From positions 2,400,001 to 2,464,000 of the forward strand of contig CAWHDR010000001.1 of assembly GCA_963828165.1 (NCBI GenBank): a DNA stretch of 64,000 nt, in the 5' to 3' direction. The position numbers and the translations under genes were made by a program. This document shows, piece after piece, positions 1 to 9,787 of the stretch; the stretch's first letter is position 1; each line of letters starts with the position of its first letter. This DNA is from an uncultured Chloroflexia bacterium. Lineage in GTDB: Bacteria; Chloroflexota; Limnocylindria; Limnocylindrales; CSP1-4. The notes below the pieces were generated by a model that made no database searches, was not told where the DNA came from, and saw only the letters and a list, made by a program, of their open reading frames with translations.

Positions 1-411
1 GGCTACACCTATCCCACGGCCCTCGAGGGCGCCTTGAAGCTCAAGGAAGTCAGCTACGTCCACGCGGAGGGTTATGCCGCAGGCGAGATGAAGCACGGGC
101 CTATCTCGCTGCTCGATGCGGAGTGTCCGCTCGTGGCCGTGGCGACGCGGTCATCCGTGTACGAGAAACTCGCGTCCAACGTCATGGAGGGTCGTGCGCG
201 CGACGCGCGAGTCATCGCCGTCGCGACCGAGGGCGACACCCAGATCGAGCGCTTCGCAGACGACATCTGCTGGGTGCCCGACACGCACGAGGCCCTGAGC
301 CCCGTCCTGGCGATCATCCCGCTCCAGCTGTTCGCCTATCACGTGGCGATCGCCCGGGGCACGGACGTGGACCAGCCACGCAACCTCGCGAAATCGGTCA
401 CGGTCGAGTAG
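1..411 (+). CDS. glmS: Glutamine-fructose-6-phosphate aminotransferase, C-terminal SIS domain (5' truncated by window)
   Basis: [26 protein letters not shown] motif and C-terminal [13 protein letters not shown]. Confidence 0.97.
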   Translation, partial: GYTYPTALEGALKLKEVSYVHAEGYAAGEMKHGPISLLDAECPLVAVATRSSVYEKLASNVMEGRARDARVIAVATEGDTQIERFADDICWVPDTHEALSPVLAIIPLQLFAYHVAIARGTDVDQPRNLAKSVTVE

Positions 412-418
412 CGATCGG

Positions 419-1033
419 ATGCCTGCGAGCCGGGATGCCGCTTCAGAGCCCCCGGAGGGCCGAGGCGACGCCCGTGCGAGCGATCGGCCCGACGGCACCA
501 CGGAACTGGGGATCGACATCATCAAGGTCGACCGGATCCGGGCGTCACTGGATCGATTCGGGGAGCGTTTCACCAAGCGCGTGCTGACGCCCGGCGAGCA
601 GCGCTACGTCCGGGGTCGGCCCGAGACGATGGCGGGCCGTTGGGCGGCCAAGGAGGCCGTGTCCAAGGTGCTGGGACTCGGGGTCCGTGGCATCGGTTGG
701 CGCGACATCGAGATCGATCGGCTGCCCACCGGACAGCCATCGGTCCGTCTCCACGGACGGGCGGCGGCGCGCGCTGGACAGCTCGGCATGGGGCGGATCG
801 CGGTCTCGATCACCCACGAGTCCGAGTACGCGGTCGCGATCGCGTACGGCGTTCGGACGGCCGGCGGTCGCTACCTCTTCCCGCCCGACATCGAGGATCG
901 GCTCGACGATCGCGAGCGCCGGATCCTCGCGCGGATCGAGCGCCTGCGGGTCGCCGCCGAGGCCGGTGGGGCCGGCAGCCTTGCCACGGATGCGCCGCTT
1001 CCCCCCGACGTCGACGAGGACGGACATGCCTGA
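419..1033 (+). CDS. acpS: Holo-[acyl-carrier-protein] synthase with C-terminal extension
   Basis: LGIDII, AGRWAAKEAVSK and VSITHE motifs; glmS-acpS-nnr-alr order. Confidence 0.93.
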   Translation: MPASRDAASEPPEGRGDARASDRPDGTTELGIDIIKVDRIRASLDRFGERFTKRVLTPGEQRYVRGRPETMAGRWAAKEAVSKVLGLGVRGIGWRDIEIDRLPTGQPSVRLHGRAAARAGQLGMGRIAVSITHESEYAVAIAYGVRTAGGRYLFPPDIEDRLDDRERRILARIERLRVAAEAGGAGSLATDAPLPPDVDEDGHA

Positions 1034-2141
1034 TCGGACGCCGCTCGGGTTCGGCCGGCGCACGACCGACGGTCCGGACGGGACGGTCGAGAGCGCGAAG
1101 GACGAGCGGCCCTGGCCGACGGGTGCGACCCGGCTCGACGACGACCTTGCCGCCTCGTTGTTGCCGGAGCGCCCGGCGCGCGGTCACAAGGGCTCGTTCG
1201 GCAAGCTGCTGGTGCTCGCTGGCTCGCTCGACTACGCCGGCGCGGCGCTGCTCGTCTGCCGCGCGGCTGGGCGGGCCGGCGTGGGCCTCGTGACGTTGGC
1301 CGTCCCCGAGTCGCTCCAGCCGCTCTTCGCGGCCAAGGTCGTCGAGGCCACGACGATGGGCCTGCCCGAGGACGATGTCGAAGAGGTCGATCCGGAGCCC
1401 GCCCTGGCACGGATCCTGGACCACGAACACGACGCGATCGTGATCGGCCCGGGTCTCCGGCCCGGCCTGGCCACGGCTGAGCTCGTGCGCGAGCTCTTCG
1501 CGCCACCGGGCGAGCAGCCACCACCGATCGTGCTCGACGCCGAGGCTCTTCGGTCGTTGGCCACGATGGATGGCTGGTGGAGCGGGGAACGCAGACCGGC
1601 CGTCCTCACCCCGCACATCGGGGAGTTCGAGCGGCTGCGGGCGGGCAGTGGCGTGGAGCACGGCGCGGACGGCGACCTCGCCGACGACGACGAGGCAAGA
1701 GTCGCGGCCGCGCGCGACGCCGCGGCCGCCTGGCACCAGGTCGTGGTGCTCAAGGGTGCCCGGACCGTGATCGCCGCCCCGGACGGGGAGGTGGCGATCG
1801 CCCCGTTCGAGAACCCCGCCCTGGCCACCGGCGGAACGGGAGACGTCCTCACGGGCGCGATCGGTGCCTTGCTGGCCCAAGGCCTCCCGCCGTTCGTGGC
1901 CGCGCGGCTGGGCGTCTACCTGCACGGCGCCGCCGGCGACTGGGTGCGCGACCGCTACGGCGACTCCGGCTTGCTCGCCTCGGACCTGCCCGAGGGCCTT
2001 GCGGTCGCCCGGAAACGGCTGGCCAGCGTGGCCGAGCGGCGACAGGGTGCCAAAGGCCTCGGGTTCGGTTCGCGCGAGCGCCTCGCAGCGACCGCGAGTC
2101 CCGCGTCGCCGCAGGGCACGGATCCCGTCAATCGCAGGTGA
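1026..2141 (+). CDS. nnrD: NAD(P)H-hydrate dehydratase (YjeF C-terminal domain only)
   Basis: HKGSFG, IGPGL, VLDAEAL, LTPHIGEF, LATGGTGDVL; ATG at 1026 overlaps the end of acpS. Confidence 0.92.
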   Translation: MPDRTPLGFGRRTTDGPDGTVESAKDERPWPTGATRLDDDLAASLLPERPARGHKGSFGKLLVLAGSLDYAGAALLVCRAAGRAGVGLVTLAVPESLQPLFAAKVVEATTMGLPEDDVEEVDPEPALARILDHEHDAIVIGPGLRPGLATAELVRELFAPPGEQPPPIVLDAEALRSLATMDGWWSGERRPAVLTPHIGEFERLRAGSGVEHGADGDLADDDEARVAAARDAAAAWHQVVVLKGARTVIAAPDGEVAIAPFENPALATGGTGDVLTGAIGALLAQGLPPFVAARLGVYLHGAAGDWVRDRYGDSGLLASDLPEGLAVARKRLASVAERRQGAKGLGFGSRERLAATASPASPQGTDPVNRR

Positions 2142-3382
2142 GCTCGATCGAGACGCATCTTGAGGCGGCCGGCCTGCCGCCGCTCCCCCGAACGGCCTGG
2201 CTGGAGATCGACCTCGACGCGCTGCGCGGCAATCTGGCGGCGCTCCGCTCCCTCGCGGGCACCGGCATCCCGGTCCATCCCGTGGTCAAGGCCGACGCCT
2301 ACGGTCACGGTGCCGTGCCGGTGGCGCTTGCCCTCGAGGCCGCGGGTGCGGACGGGTTCTGCGTTGCCGCGCTGGACGAGGCCTTCGCGCTCCGGGCCGG
2401 CGGGATCCGCGCCCCGATCCGGGTGCTCTATCCCATCCCGGTGGGGCTGGCCGGGGAGGCAGCCCGCCAGCGCGTCACGGTCACGGGGGGGGACCCGGAG
2501 CAGCTCGCGGCTCTCCTGGAAGCGACAGAGGCCACGCGGGCCCCTGACACCGCCGAGGCGATGCTCCTCGACGTCGAGCTCGAGGTGGAGACCGGGCTGG
2601 GTCGCGGTGGCTTCGCACCCGAGGCCCTCGCCGACGCCGCCTCAGCCATCACGGACGCCCCGCACACGAGGCTGGCGGGCGTATGGACCCACCTCCAGGC
2701 GAGCGAGGATCCAGGCCGGACCCGCGACCAGCTGGCGCGGTTCGAGGCCGCGACGGTCAGCCTGCGCGAGGCAGGGCTGCCCATCCCCCCGCGGCATGTC
2801 GCGGCGAGTGGCGGGCTCTTCACGGGCGTGGAGGCCCTCGACGGCGTTCGGCCGGGCCTCTCGATCTACGGGATCGTGCCGGACGAGCTCGCCGACGCCT
2901 CCCTCACGGCCGATGTAGGTGCTGCCAACGCCGCCCTTCGGCCGGTCATGTCCCTGCACGCCCGCCCGGTCAGGCTGGCGGACCTGCCAGCCGGGCACGG
3001 GATCAGCTACGGGCCGACGTTCACGACGGCACGGGCCAGCCGCATCGCAACGCTGCCGCTCGGTTACGGGGACGGGTTCACCCGCACCTTCTCGAACCGC
3101 GCCGAGGCCCTCGTGCGCGGCGTTCGGGTACCGCTCGTCGGGAACGTCGCGATGGACGCGATCATGTTCGACGTGACCGACGTCCCGGGGCCGCCGGTCA
3201 CGCCTGAGGACGAATTCGTGCTCATGGGGGCCCAGGGCGACGACAGGATCAGCGCGGAGGACCTGGCGCGGGCACGCACCACGAACACGTGGGAGGTCGT
3301 GACCCAGATGGCTGGGCGGTTGCCCCGGGTGTACCATGCCGCGGCTGGACCGGTCGGTCTGCGCACGCTCACCGAGCGATGA
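2138..3382 (+). CDS. alr: Alanine racemase
   Basis: EIDLDAL, VVKADAYGHG (PLP lysine), ISYG, LGYGDG, GNVAMD; GTG start overlapping the nnrD stop. Confidence 0.96.
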   Translation: MSSIETHLEAAGLPPLPRTAWLEIDLDALRGNLAALRSLAGTGIPVHPVVKADAYGHGAVPVALALEAAGADGFCVAALDEAFALRAGGIRAPIRVLYPIPVGLAGEAARQRVTVTGGDPEQLAALLEATEATRAPDTAEAMLLDVELEVETGLGRGGFAPEALADAASAITDAPHTRLAGVWTHLQASEDPGRTRDQLARFEAATVSLREAGLPIPPRHVAASGGLFTGVEALDGVRPGLSIYGIVPDELADASLTADVGAANAALRPVMSLHARPVRLADLPAGHGISYGPTFTTARASRIATLPLGYGDGFTRTFSNRAEALVRGVRVPLVGNVAMDAIMFDVTDVPGPPVTPEDEFVLMGAQGDDRISAEDLARARTTNTWEVVTQMAGRLPRVYHAAAGPVGLRTLTER

Positions 3383-3385
3383 GGG

Positions 3386-3952
3386 ATGGCACGAACCTTG
3401 GCACGGATCGAACTCTGGAACGGTGACATCTGCGAGCTCGAGGTCGACGCGATCGTCAACCCGGCCAACCTCTCGCTGTGGATGTCGACCGGGGTCGGTG
3501 GCGCCCTGAAGCGCGCCGGTGGTGACGAGATCGAGTTCGCGGCCGTGCGCCAGGCGCCGGTCGCGCTCGGCGAGTCCATCGTGACCACGGCCGGGACCCT
3601 GGCCGCCCGCGCCGTCATCCATGCGGTCTCCCTGGACCGTGTCCGGCGCACGAGCGCCACGATCATCGAGGCCGCGGTCCGCAGCGCCATGGCCCGCGCC
3701 CGGGAGATCGACGCCACGAGCGTGGCCTTCCCGGCGCTCGGCACCGGGGTCGGCGGTTTTCCGCTCGAGGACGCCGCCAGGATCACGGTCGACACCGTGC
3801 GCGACGAGCTCGGGCGCTCCCCGAACCTCGAGCACGTGATCTTCGCCCTGCGCGGGGCCGCTGCCTACGAGGCCTTCGGCGCGGCCCTGGCTCCTGCGGA
3901 GAGGGCGAGCGTGGTCGGGCGCGTCGGGGCCTCCGGGAGCCCCGCCGGATGA
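3386..3952 (+). CDS. Macro domain protein (ADP-ribose binding/hydrolase family)
   Basis: GDICELEVDAIVNPAN, VIHAV, AFPALGTGVGG. Confidence 0.92.
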   Translation: MARTLARIELWNGDICELEVDAIVNPANLSLWMSTGVGGALKRAGGDEIEFAAVRQAPVALGESIVTTAGTLAARAVIHAVSLDRVRRTSATIIEAAVRSAMARAREIDATSVAFPALGTGVGGFPLEDAARITVDTVRDELGRSPNLEHVIFALRGAAAYEAFGAALAPAERASVVGRVGASGSPAG

Positions 3953-4239
3953 ACCTCGAGATGGAGCCGACCGAGGAACAACGAGACGAGCTCATCGAGA
4001 CGGTCGCGCGCGAGATCCAGCTGCGTGGGCTCACCTCGTCGGCGGTCCATTTTCTGGAGGCGAGCCGACCGTATCGAGCCCTGGGCGCGAATGCGATGCT
4101 CTTCTTCGACCCCGTGCTCCGTGGCGTGTTCGGCGGCGAGCTGGCCTCGGCCAGCGAGATCATGACGGACGAGACGGGCATCGAGCTGCTGATCGCGCGG
4201 CTCGAGGAGCTCGACGAAGAGCTCGCCTGGGACGCCTGA
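3949..4239 (+). CDS. Small hypothetical helical protein
   Basis: 96-aa ORF coupled to the macro gene by ATGA overlap; host-like codon usage. Confidence 0.8.
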   Translation: MNLEMEPTEEQRDELIETVAREIQLRGLTSSAVHFLEASRPYRALGANAMLFFDPVLRGVFGGELASASEIMTDETGIELLIARLEELDEELAWDA

Positions 4240-4265
4240 CCCACTCTCGTTCGGCACGGTCCGGG

Positions 4266-4271
4266 TAGCAT
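4266..4271 (+). promoter_or_regulatory. Putative -10 element for a leaderless transcript
   Basis: TAGCAT followed after 6 nt by the GTG start at 4278; no Shine-Dalgarno. Confidence 0.5.
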
Positions 4272-4277
4272 CTGGCG

Positions 4278-5948
4278 GTGACCTCCGAACCGCATGCCTT
4301 CCTGACCATCGACCACGGTGCCGCCACCGCGTCGATCGCGCTGATCGGTCGCGTCGCCGGGACGTGGCGACTCATCGGGACCCTGGCGCTCCCGGCCGGT
4401 GCGGCCATGGACGCCGCGGTCGACCTGCTCGTGAGCCGGGTGCGGATCGCCGACCCGGAGCTCGCGTCGGCGCTCGGCGTGGTGGACATCGACAGCGATG
4501 CCCTGCCAAGGTTCGAGGTCCGCAGCCGGCGGCCTCGACGGCTGGCCGTGGTGGCGGCCGCGGAGCGGACGCTCACCAAGCTGATGACGACGGCCGGTCG
4601 CAGCGGCTGGCGTCCGACCGGAGCCAGCGCCGAGACCACCGACCCTCTCGTGATGTCGCGACTGCTTCTCGATCACGACATCGACGCCATCCTCGTCGGA
4701 GCCGGCGACCCACCGCGGCCCGACGAGCGCAGCGCGATCCGCGAACTGGCGGCCCTCGTCTCCGCCGTGGCGGTACGCCGGCCGGACGTACCGATCATCT
4801 TGTCCGGGGCGATGTCGGAGGCCCTCGATGAATTCGGCGACGTATCGTCGCGGCCCGGCCCGATCGTGCTCGCCCCGGCAGCCCTCGACCGTTCGCCGGG
4901 GCGCGGCGGGCAGGCCATCCGGATCAGGATCCCGATCAGCGAGGGCCCGGGCGCCACCGGTGACAAGCCCGATCCTCTCGGTGAGCTGCTGCTCGAGGTG
5001 GCCATGCCGGCGGACGATCCGCGGCGGGCGATCGGTCCGGCGACCCAGGCGCTGGCGGATGTGCTCCACCGCCGGGTGGAGACCATCATCCTGGGCCACG
5101 ACGCCGGGATCCGCGCCGCGGCCGAGCCGTCGATCGGGGGTACGAGCCGCGAGGTGCGCCTGGCGGTCGTTCCCGCCGCCGCCGTCGCCCCGGACGAGCC
5201 GGACGACGCCATCGTCGACGGCGTCCTCGTGTGGTCTACCGTGCCATCGGACCGGCACCGCATCCGGGACCGCATGCGTGAGCTGCGGATCGCACCATGG
5301 GCCGATGCTGCCGGCGACGGCGCAGCCCTGCGGATGGCGGCCGCCCGGGCGGCCCTCGTGCGGCTCGCCGCGGCCACGACCGATTTCGAGGGCGCACCCC
5401 CCGACCTCGTCGTGTGTGGTGGCGGCGTGTGGTCGGCGGTCCCAGCCCCGACCGTGGCCCTCGCCCATGTCGACGTCCTGCGACGATCCGGAGCCAGCCA
5501 GTACGCGCTCGACCATGCCCGCCTGATGGGCACGCTCGGGGCGATCCCCGATGAGAAGGAACGGCTCACGGTCATGGGCGATCTGGCGGACGATCTTCTC
5601 GCGCCACTGGGCAGCGTGGTGATCCCGTCCGGGTTGCGATCCGGGCGATCGGCGGGGAGCGTGCTCGTCCATGCCGGCGGCGGCGTGAGCGAGCTCGATC
5701 TCGTGCCGGGCAGCCTCGAGCTCGTCGACCTGCCGCCGGGCGAGACGGCCGTCGCCGAATTCCGCTTCCGCGACCGGATCAAGCTCGGCGCACGCGGGAA
5801 GCACTTCGCGGTCGATGTGGCCGGCGGGCTCGGTGGCCTGCTCGTCGACCTGCGCGACGTCCCGCTGCGGCTGCCCGATCGGGCGGACCGGCGGCGCGAC
5901 CTGCTGGCTGCCTGGCAGGCGGCGCTCTGGCAGGGGTTCGACACGTGA
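4278..5948 (+). CDS. GlmL/MutL(glutamate mutase L)-like ASKHA-fold protein, divergent
   Basis: N-terminal FLTIDHGAATASIALI resembles the actin-like phosphate-1 loop; ILVGAG, IILSG, LVVCGGGV and C-terminal GGLGGLLVDLRDVPL resemble GlmL-like proteins. Confidence 0.6.
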   Translation: MTSEPHAFLTIDHGAATASIALIGRVAGTWRLIGTLALPAGAAMDAAVDLLVSRVRIADPELASALGVVDIDSDALPRFEVRSRRPRRLAVVAAAERTLTKLMTTAGRSGWRPTGASAETTDPLVMSRLLLDHDIDAILVGAGDPPRPDERSAIRELAALVSAVAVRRPDVPIILSGAMSEALDEFGDVSSRPGPIVLAPAALDRSPGRGGQAIRIRIPISEGPGATGDKPDPLGELLLEVAMPADDPRRAIGPATQALADVLHRRVETIILGHDAGIRAAAEPSIGGTSREVRLAVVPAAAVAPDEPDDAIVDGVLVWSTVPSDRHRIRDRMRELRIAPWADAAGDGAALRMAAARAALVRLAAATTDFEGAPPDLVVCGGGVWSAVPAPTVALAHVDVLRRSGASQYALDHARLMGTLGAIPDEKERLTVMGDLADDLLAPLGSVVIPSGLRSGRSAGSVLVHAGGGVSELDLVPGSLELVDLPPGETAVAEFRFRDRIKLGARGKHFAVDVAGGLGGLLVDLRDVPLRLPDRADRRRDLLAAWQAALWQGFDT

Positions 5949-6931
5949 TGAGCACGAACGGCACGTCCGATACCGCCGTGCCGGCCGACCTGGGCCTGGT
6001 CAGTGCGCGCCGGCTGGTCGACCCACCCGCCGAGATCACGTTCAGCCTCTCACCTGGTGACCGTGCGCTCGTGGCTGCAGGTGAGACGGTCGTCGCCGGG
6101 GCACCGATCGCCGAGCGCCTGCGCGATCCGGTGCTGCTCGACCGGGTCGTTCCGGCGAGCGCGGAGCCACGACCCGGCGAGCGTACGAGCGACGGCGAAC
6201 TGCTGTTCGCCTGGCGGGATCGCTGGCGGGTCGCCGGCGGTGAGGTGACGGAGTCCTTCGACAGCCCGGTGACCGGCATCGTCCGCGAGGTCCGGCCGGG
6301 TTCCGCCATCGTGATCCAGGCGAACGGTCGCGCGCTCAACGGCATCGTGGCCCTGGGCGGACCCAGCCGTGGCCGTCTGCACATCGCGGCCGGCAGCGAC
6401 GGCGAGCTGCGCTCGGGTGGCCTCGACGTCGGTCTCGCCGGGACGATCCTCGTCGTCGGCTCGCGCATCGATGCGGAGACGCTCACGCGCGCCCGGGCGA
6501 TGGGCGTGAACGGGATCGTGGTCGGGGGTCTCGCCAGCAAGGAGCGGCGCGACTTCACGGCCTCCGAGCGGCGCCAGCGCGCGGCACTGCATCGCCTGGC
6601 GCCGTATGCCGTCCTCGTCCTCGAGGGAGCGACCCGCCGGCCCCTTCCGAGTCCGGTGATGGACGTGCTGGAGGCCCTCGCCGGACAGGAGGTGGCGATC
6701 GTGGGCGATCCGCCGATGCTCGTGTTCGAGAGCGAGGTGGACGTGCCGCAGCCCCGGCCGGACTTCGTGCGCGTGAGGGGTGGCCCCCTCGGTGGTCGCG
6801 ACGGGATCTGGGCTGGGTTGGTCGGGCCGCGCCGGTTCGCAGGCGGGGTGCATCTCGAGGCGGGCTCGGTGCGGTTCGCCGATGGAACGGTGACGGCGGT
6901 ACCACTCGGCGATCTCGAACGGTTCATCTGA
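5945..6931 (+). CDS. Hypothetical protein, partner of the GlmL-like gene (barrel-sandwich/biotinyl-like N-terminus)
   Basis: LVAAGETVVAGAPIA and SPVTGIVREV half-motifs; GTILVVGS...ARAMGVNGIVVGG; coupled to the upstream gene. Confidence 0.75.
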   Translation: MMSTNGTSDTAVPADLGLVSARRLVDPPAEITFSLSPGDRALVAAGETVVAGAPIAERLRDPVLLDRVVPASAEPRPGERTSDGELLFAWRDRWRVAGGEVTESFDSPVTGIVREVRPGSAIVIQANGRALNGIVALGGPSRGRLHIAAGSDGELRSGGLDVGLAGTILVVGSRIDAETLTRARAMGVNGIVVGGLASKERRDFTASERRQRAALHRLAPYAVLVLEGATRRPLPSPVMDVLEALAGQEVAIVGDPPMLVFESEVDVPQPRPDFVRVRGGPLGGRDGIWAGLVGPRRFAGGVHLEAGSVRFADGTVTAVPLGDLERFI

Positions 6932-6936
6932 CGGCG

Positions 6937-7410
6937 ATGCCCTCGTCAACCGCGGATCGCCGCCTGATCATGGCCCCGGCTCCCGCTGCCACGAGCGGGC
7001 TGGGCCGCGCGCTGGGGGCCGTGGCGCAGGCCGGGGACCTCGTCTGTCTGTGGGGTGAGCTCGGGGCGGGCAAGACCCACTTCGCGAAGGCCTTCGCGGC
7101 AGGCATGGGCGTGACCGATACGGTCACGTCGCCGAGTTTCATCCTCATGGCCGAGTACCGCGGACGCCTGCCGCTGTTCCACATCGACCCGTACCGCCTG
7201 GCTTCCGCGGAGGACGCGCTCGCCGGCGGGCTCATCGACGAGCGCCAGCGCGAGGGCGTCACGCTCGTGGAGTGGCCCGAACGTCTGGGCGACGCCCTGC
7301 CGTCCGCCCGGCTCGATGTCCGGATCGAAGGGACCGGGGACGAAGGCCGCTCGATCACGCTCATCGCGGGCTCGGACGACTACCGGCGCTACCTGGACGT
7401 TTCGGCATGA
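6937..7410 (+). CDS. tsaE: t6A biosynthesis ATPase TsaE
   Basis: GELGAGKT Walker A, VTSPSF, HIDPYRL, LVEWPE. Confidence 0.96.
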   Translation: MPSSTADRRLIMAPAPAATSGLGRALGAVAQAGDLVCLWGELGAGKTHFAKAFAAGMGVTDTVTSPSFILMAEYRGRLPLFHIDPYRLASAEDALAGGLIDERQREGVTLVEWPERLGDALPSARLDVRIEGTGDEGRSITLIAGSDDYRRYLDVSA

Positions 7411-8162
7411 CCCACGACGGACGCCGGCGGGCGATCCTCGCCATCGACACCGCGACCACGCACGTCGTGATCGCCACCGGCACGCCCGAGGGCGTGGCCG
7501 ATGGCCTGTCGGCCTGGACCGCGGGGTATCGCCACGGCGAGACGCTGTTGCCTGCGATCGGGCGGTTCCTCGGCGAGCAGAACATCCGGCGGTCACGCCT
7601 GGTCGGCATCGTCGTCGGGACCGGCCCGGGCGCGTTCACCGGGCTGCGGGTCGGCATCGCGACGGCCAAGGGCCTGGCCCACGGACTCGGCATCCCGCTG
7701 GTCGGGGCCTCGACCGCCGAGGCGTTGATCGTGGCGTACGAGGCGGCGGAGGCAGCCGTGGCGGTGGCCGAAGGCCTCGACGGCCCGGCCGCACCGAGCG
7801 TCCTGCTGCTGCCGGCCGGCCCGCGTGACCGTCTCGTGGTCCGTGCCGGCTCCGCCCCCATCCCACTGCCCGCAGGCGAGGAGCCGGAGCTCGGCGCGGG
7901 GGAACGGCTCGTGGCCGTGGATCTCGAGGGGCGCGCCCCGGACGATGCGATCGCTCGCGGCGAGACGGCACGGACGGGCCTCGGTCAGGCGCTCCTGCGG
8001 GCGGGGGCGGCCAAGCTTGCGGCCATCTCCGCCGCGGCAGGTGCCGCTCCCACGGACGGCCCACGATCCGAGCTCGAGACGCTCGTCCCCGACTACGTGA
8101 CCCTCCCGCGCGGCGTTCGCGCGACCGGCGGGGCCGTCGAATGGTCGCGCGACCCCCGGTGA
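7407..8162 (+). CDS. tsaB: t6A biosynthesis protein TsaB
   Basis: ILAIDTAT, GTGPGAFTGLRVG; ATG at 7407 overlaps the tsaE stop. Confidence 0.94.
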   Translation: MTHDGRRRAILAIDTATTHVVIATGTPEGVADGLSAWTAGYRHGETLLPAIGRFLGEQNIRRSRLVGIVVGTGPGAFTGLRVGIATAKGLAHGLGIPLVGASTAEALIVAYEAAEAAVAVAEGLDGPAAPSVLLLPAGPRDRLVVRAGSAPIPLPAGEEPELGAGERLVAVDLEGRAPDDAIARGETARTGLGQALLRAGAAKLAAISAAAGAAPTDGPRSELETLVPDYVTLPRGVRATGGAVEWSRDPR

Positions 8163-8704
8163 GGGTGGTCATCGAGCCGATGCGGCTCGACGACCTCCCC
8201 GCCATCCACGCGATCGAGCAGGCGAGCTTCACCTCACCCTGGCCGCCCCACGCCTACCAGAGCGAGCTCGAGAGCAACCGGCTCGCGCACTACCTCGTGG
8301 CCCGGATCGGTGACACGGTCGTGGCGTATGGCGGGATGTGGCTGATGGTGGATGAGGCCCACATCACGACGTTCGCGGTCCATCCTGCCTGGCGTCGCCA
8401 GCGCATCGGGGAGCGGCTGCTCGTGGCCTTCCTCGACATCGCGATCGAGCGTGAGGCCCACGAGGCCACGCTCGAAGTCCGCCTCTCCAACCTGCCCGCC
8501 CGCAAGCTGTACGAGAAGTACGGCTTCCGGCCGGTGGGCTTGCGGCCCCGCTACTACAGCGACGACAACGAGGACGCGCTGATCATGACCACCGAGCCGC
8601 TCGGCGAGCCGCTCATGCGCACCCGTGTCGAGCGGTTGCGCGCGGCACTCGACGAGGCAGCCGCGCCGACGGACACCGCGAGAGCGACCGATCCCAGCCC
8701 CTGA
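8141..8704 (+). CDS. rimI: Ribosomal-protein-alanine N-acetyltransferase
   Basis: AVHPAWRRQRIGE, TLEVRLSN, LYEKYGF, RPRYY, EDALIM. Confidence 0.95.
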   Translation: MVARPPVRVVIEPMRLDDLPAIHAIEQASFTSPWPPHAYQSELESNRLAHYLVARIGDTVVAYGGMWLMVDEAHITTFAVHPAWRRQRIGERLLVAFLDIAIEREAHEATLEVRLSNLPARKLYEKYGFRPVGLRPRYYSDDNEDALIMTTEPLGEPLMRTRVERLRAALDEAAAPTDTARATDPSP

Positions 8705-8713
8705 GGACACCGC

Positions 8714-9787
8714 GTGAGCGGACCGCTCCTGCTCTCGATCGAGTCCTCGTGTGACGAGACCGGCATCGCGCTCATCGAAGGTGGCCGGCGCATCCTCTCG
8801 AACGTCGTCGCGTCCCAGGTCGCGCTCCATGCGCCATCGGGTGGGATCGTCCCGGAGGTCGCCGCGCGAGCCCACCTGCGCTGGATCGTGCCCACGCTCA
8901 ACGAGGCGTGGAACGACACCGGCGTCTCGTGGGACGACATCGATGGTGTCGCGGTCACCTACGGACCGGGTCTCGCCGGATCGCTGCTCGTGGGCATCAA
9001 CTTCGCGAAGGCGCTCGCGTGGGTCCACGACAAGCCGCTGGTCGGGGTCAATCACCTCGAGGGACACGTCTACGCGGCCTGGCTGCTCGACCCCGGCGAG
9101 GACGAGGCCACGAAGCCCGCGCCGGAGTTCCCGCTCGTGGCCCTGGTCGTGTCGGGCGGCCACACCTTCCTGGCCGAGATGCGCGATCACCTGACGTACC
9201 GGCTGCTCGGCACGACCGTGGACGACGCGGCAGGGGAGGCGTTCGACAAGGTCGGCCGCTTGTTGGGGCTGGGATATCCCGGGGGTCCCGCCATCCAGAA
9301 GGCCGCCGAGCGGGCGGTGCGCCGCGACGTCGTGTTTCCGCGCGCCTGGATGGGCGATTCCTACGACCTGAGCTTCTCGGGGCTGAAGACCGCGGCCCGG
9401 CGGATCGTGGCCGACGCCCGGGCCGAGGAAGGTCTGCCCGTTGACGACACGTCCGCGACGCTGTCCGCCGCGACGACCGCGGAGCTTGCCTGGGGCTTCC
9501 AGGACTCGGTCGTCGATGTCCTGACCACGAAGGCGATCCGGGCGGCTCGGGAGATCGGGGCCCGCTCGATCGTGCTCGGTGGGGGTGTCGCGGCGAACTC
9601 GGTGCTGCGCGAGCGGCTGGCGGGCGAGTCGGAGGCGCTCGGCGTGCCGCTCATCGTGCCCCGGTCCGGCCTGTGCACCGACAACGGGGCGATGATCGGC
9701 GCCGCCGGCGCCCGCCGGTTCGAGGCCGGCGAGCGAGCCGGGCTGGAGCTCGACGCGCGGCCGTCGTTGCCACTGGCGACCCGGTGA
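8714..9787 (+). CDS. tsaD: tRNA N6-adenosine threonylcarbamoyltransferase
   Basis: IESSCDET, HLEGH, VSGGHT, DDAAGEAFDK, CTDNGAMI. Confidence 0.97.
   Translation: MSGPLLLSIESSCDETGIALIEGGRRILSNVVASQVALHAPSGGIVPEVAARAHLRWIVPTLNEAWNDTGVSWDDIDGVAVTYGPGLAGSLLVGINFAKALAWVHDKPLVGVNHLEGHVYAAWLLDPGEDEATKPAPEFPLVALVVSGGHTFLAEMRDHLTYRLLGTTVDDAAGEAFDKVGRLLGLGYPGGPAIQKAAERAVRRDVVFPRAWMGDSYDLSFSGLKTAARRIVADARAEEGLPVDDTSATLSAATTAELAWGFQDSVVDVLTTKAIRAAREIGARSIVLGGGVAANSVLRERLAGESEALGVPLIVPRSGLCTDNGAMIGAAGARRFEAGERAGLELDARPSLPLATR

Noticed and set aside
1026-2141. Missing NnrE epimerase domain as a novelty
   Set aside because: Stand-alone NnrD proteins are common.
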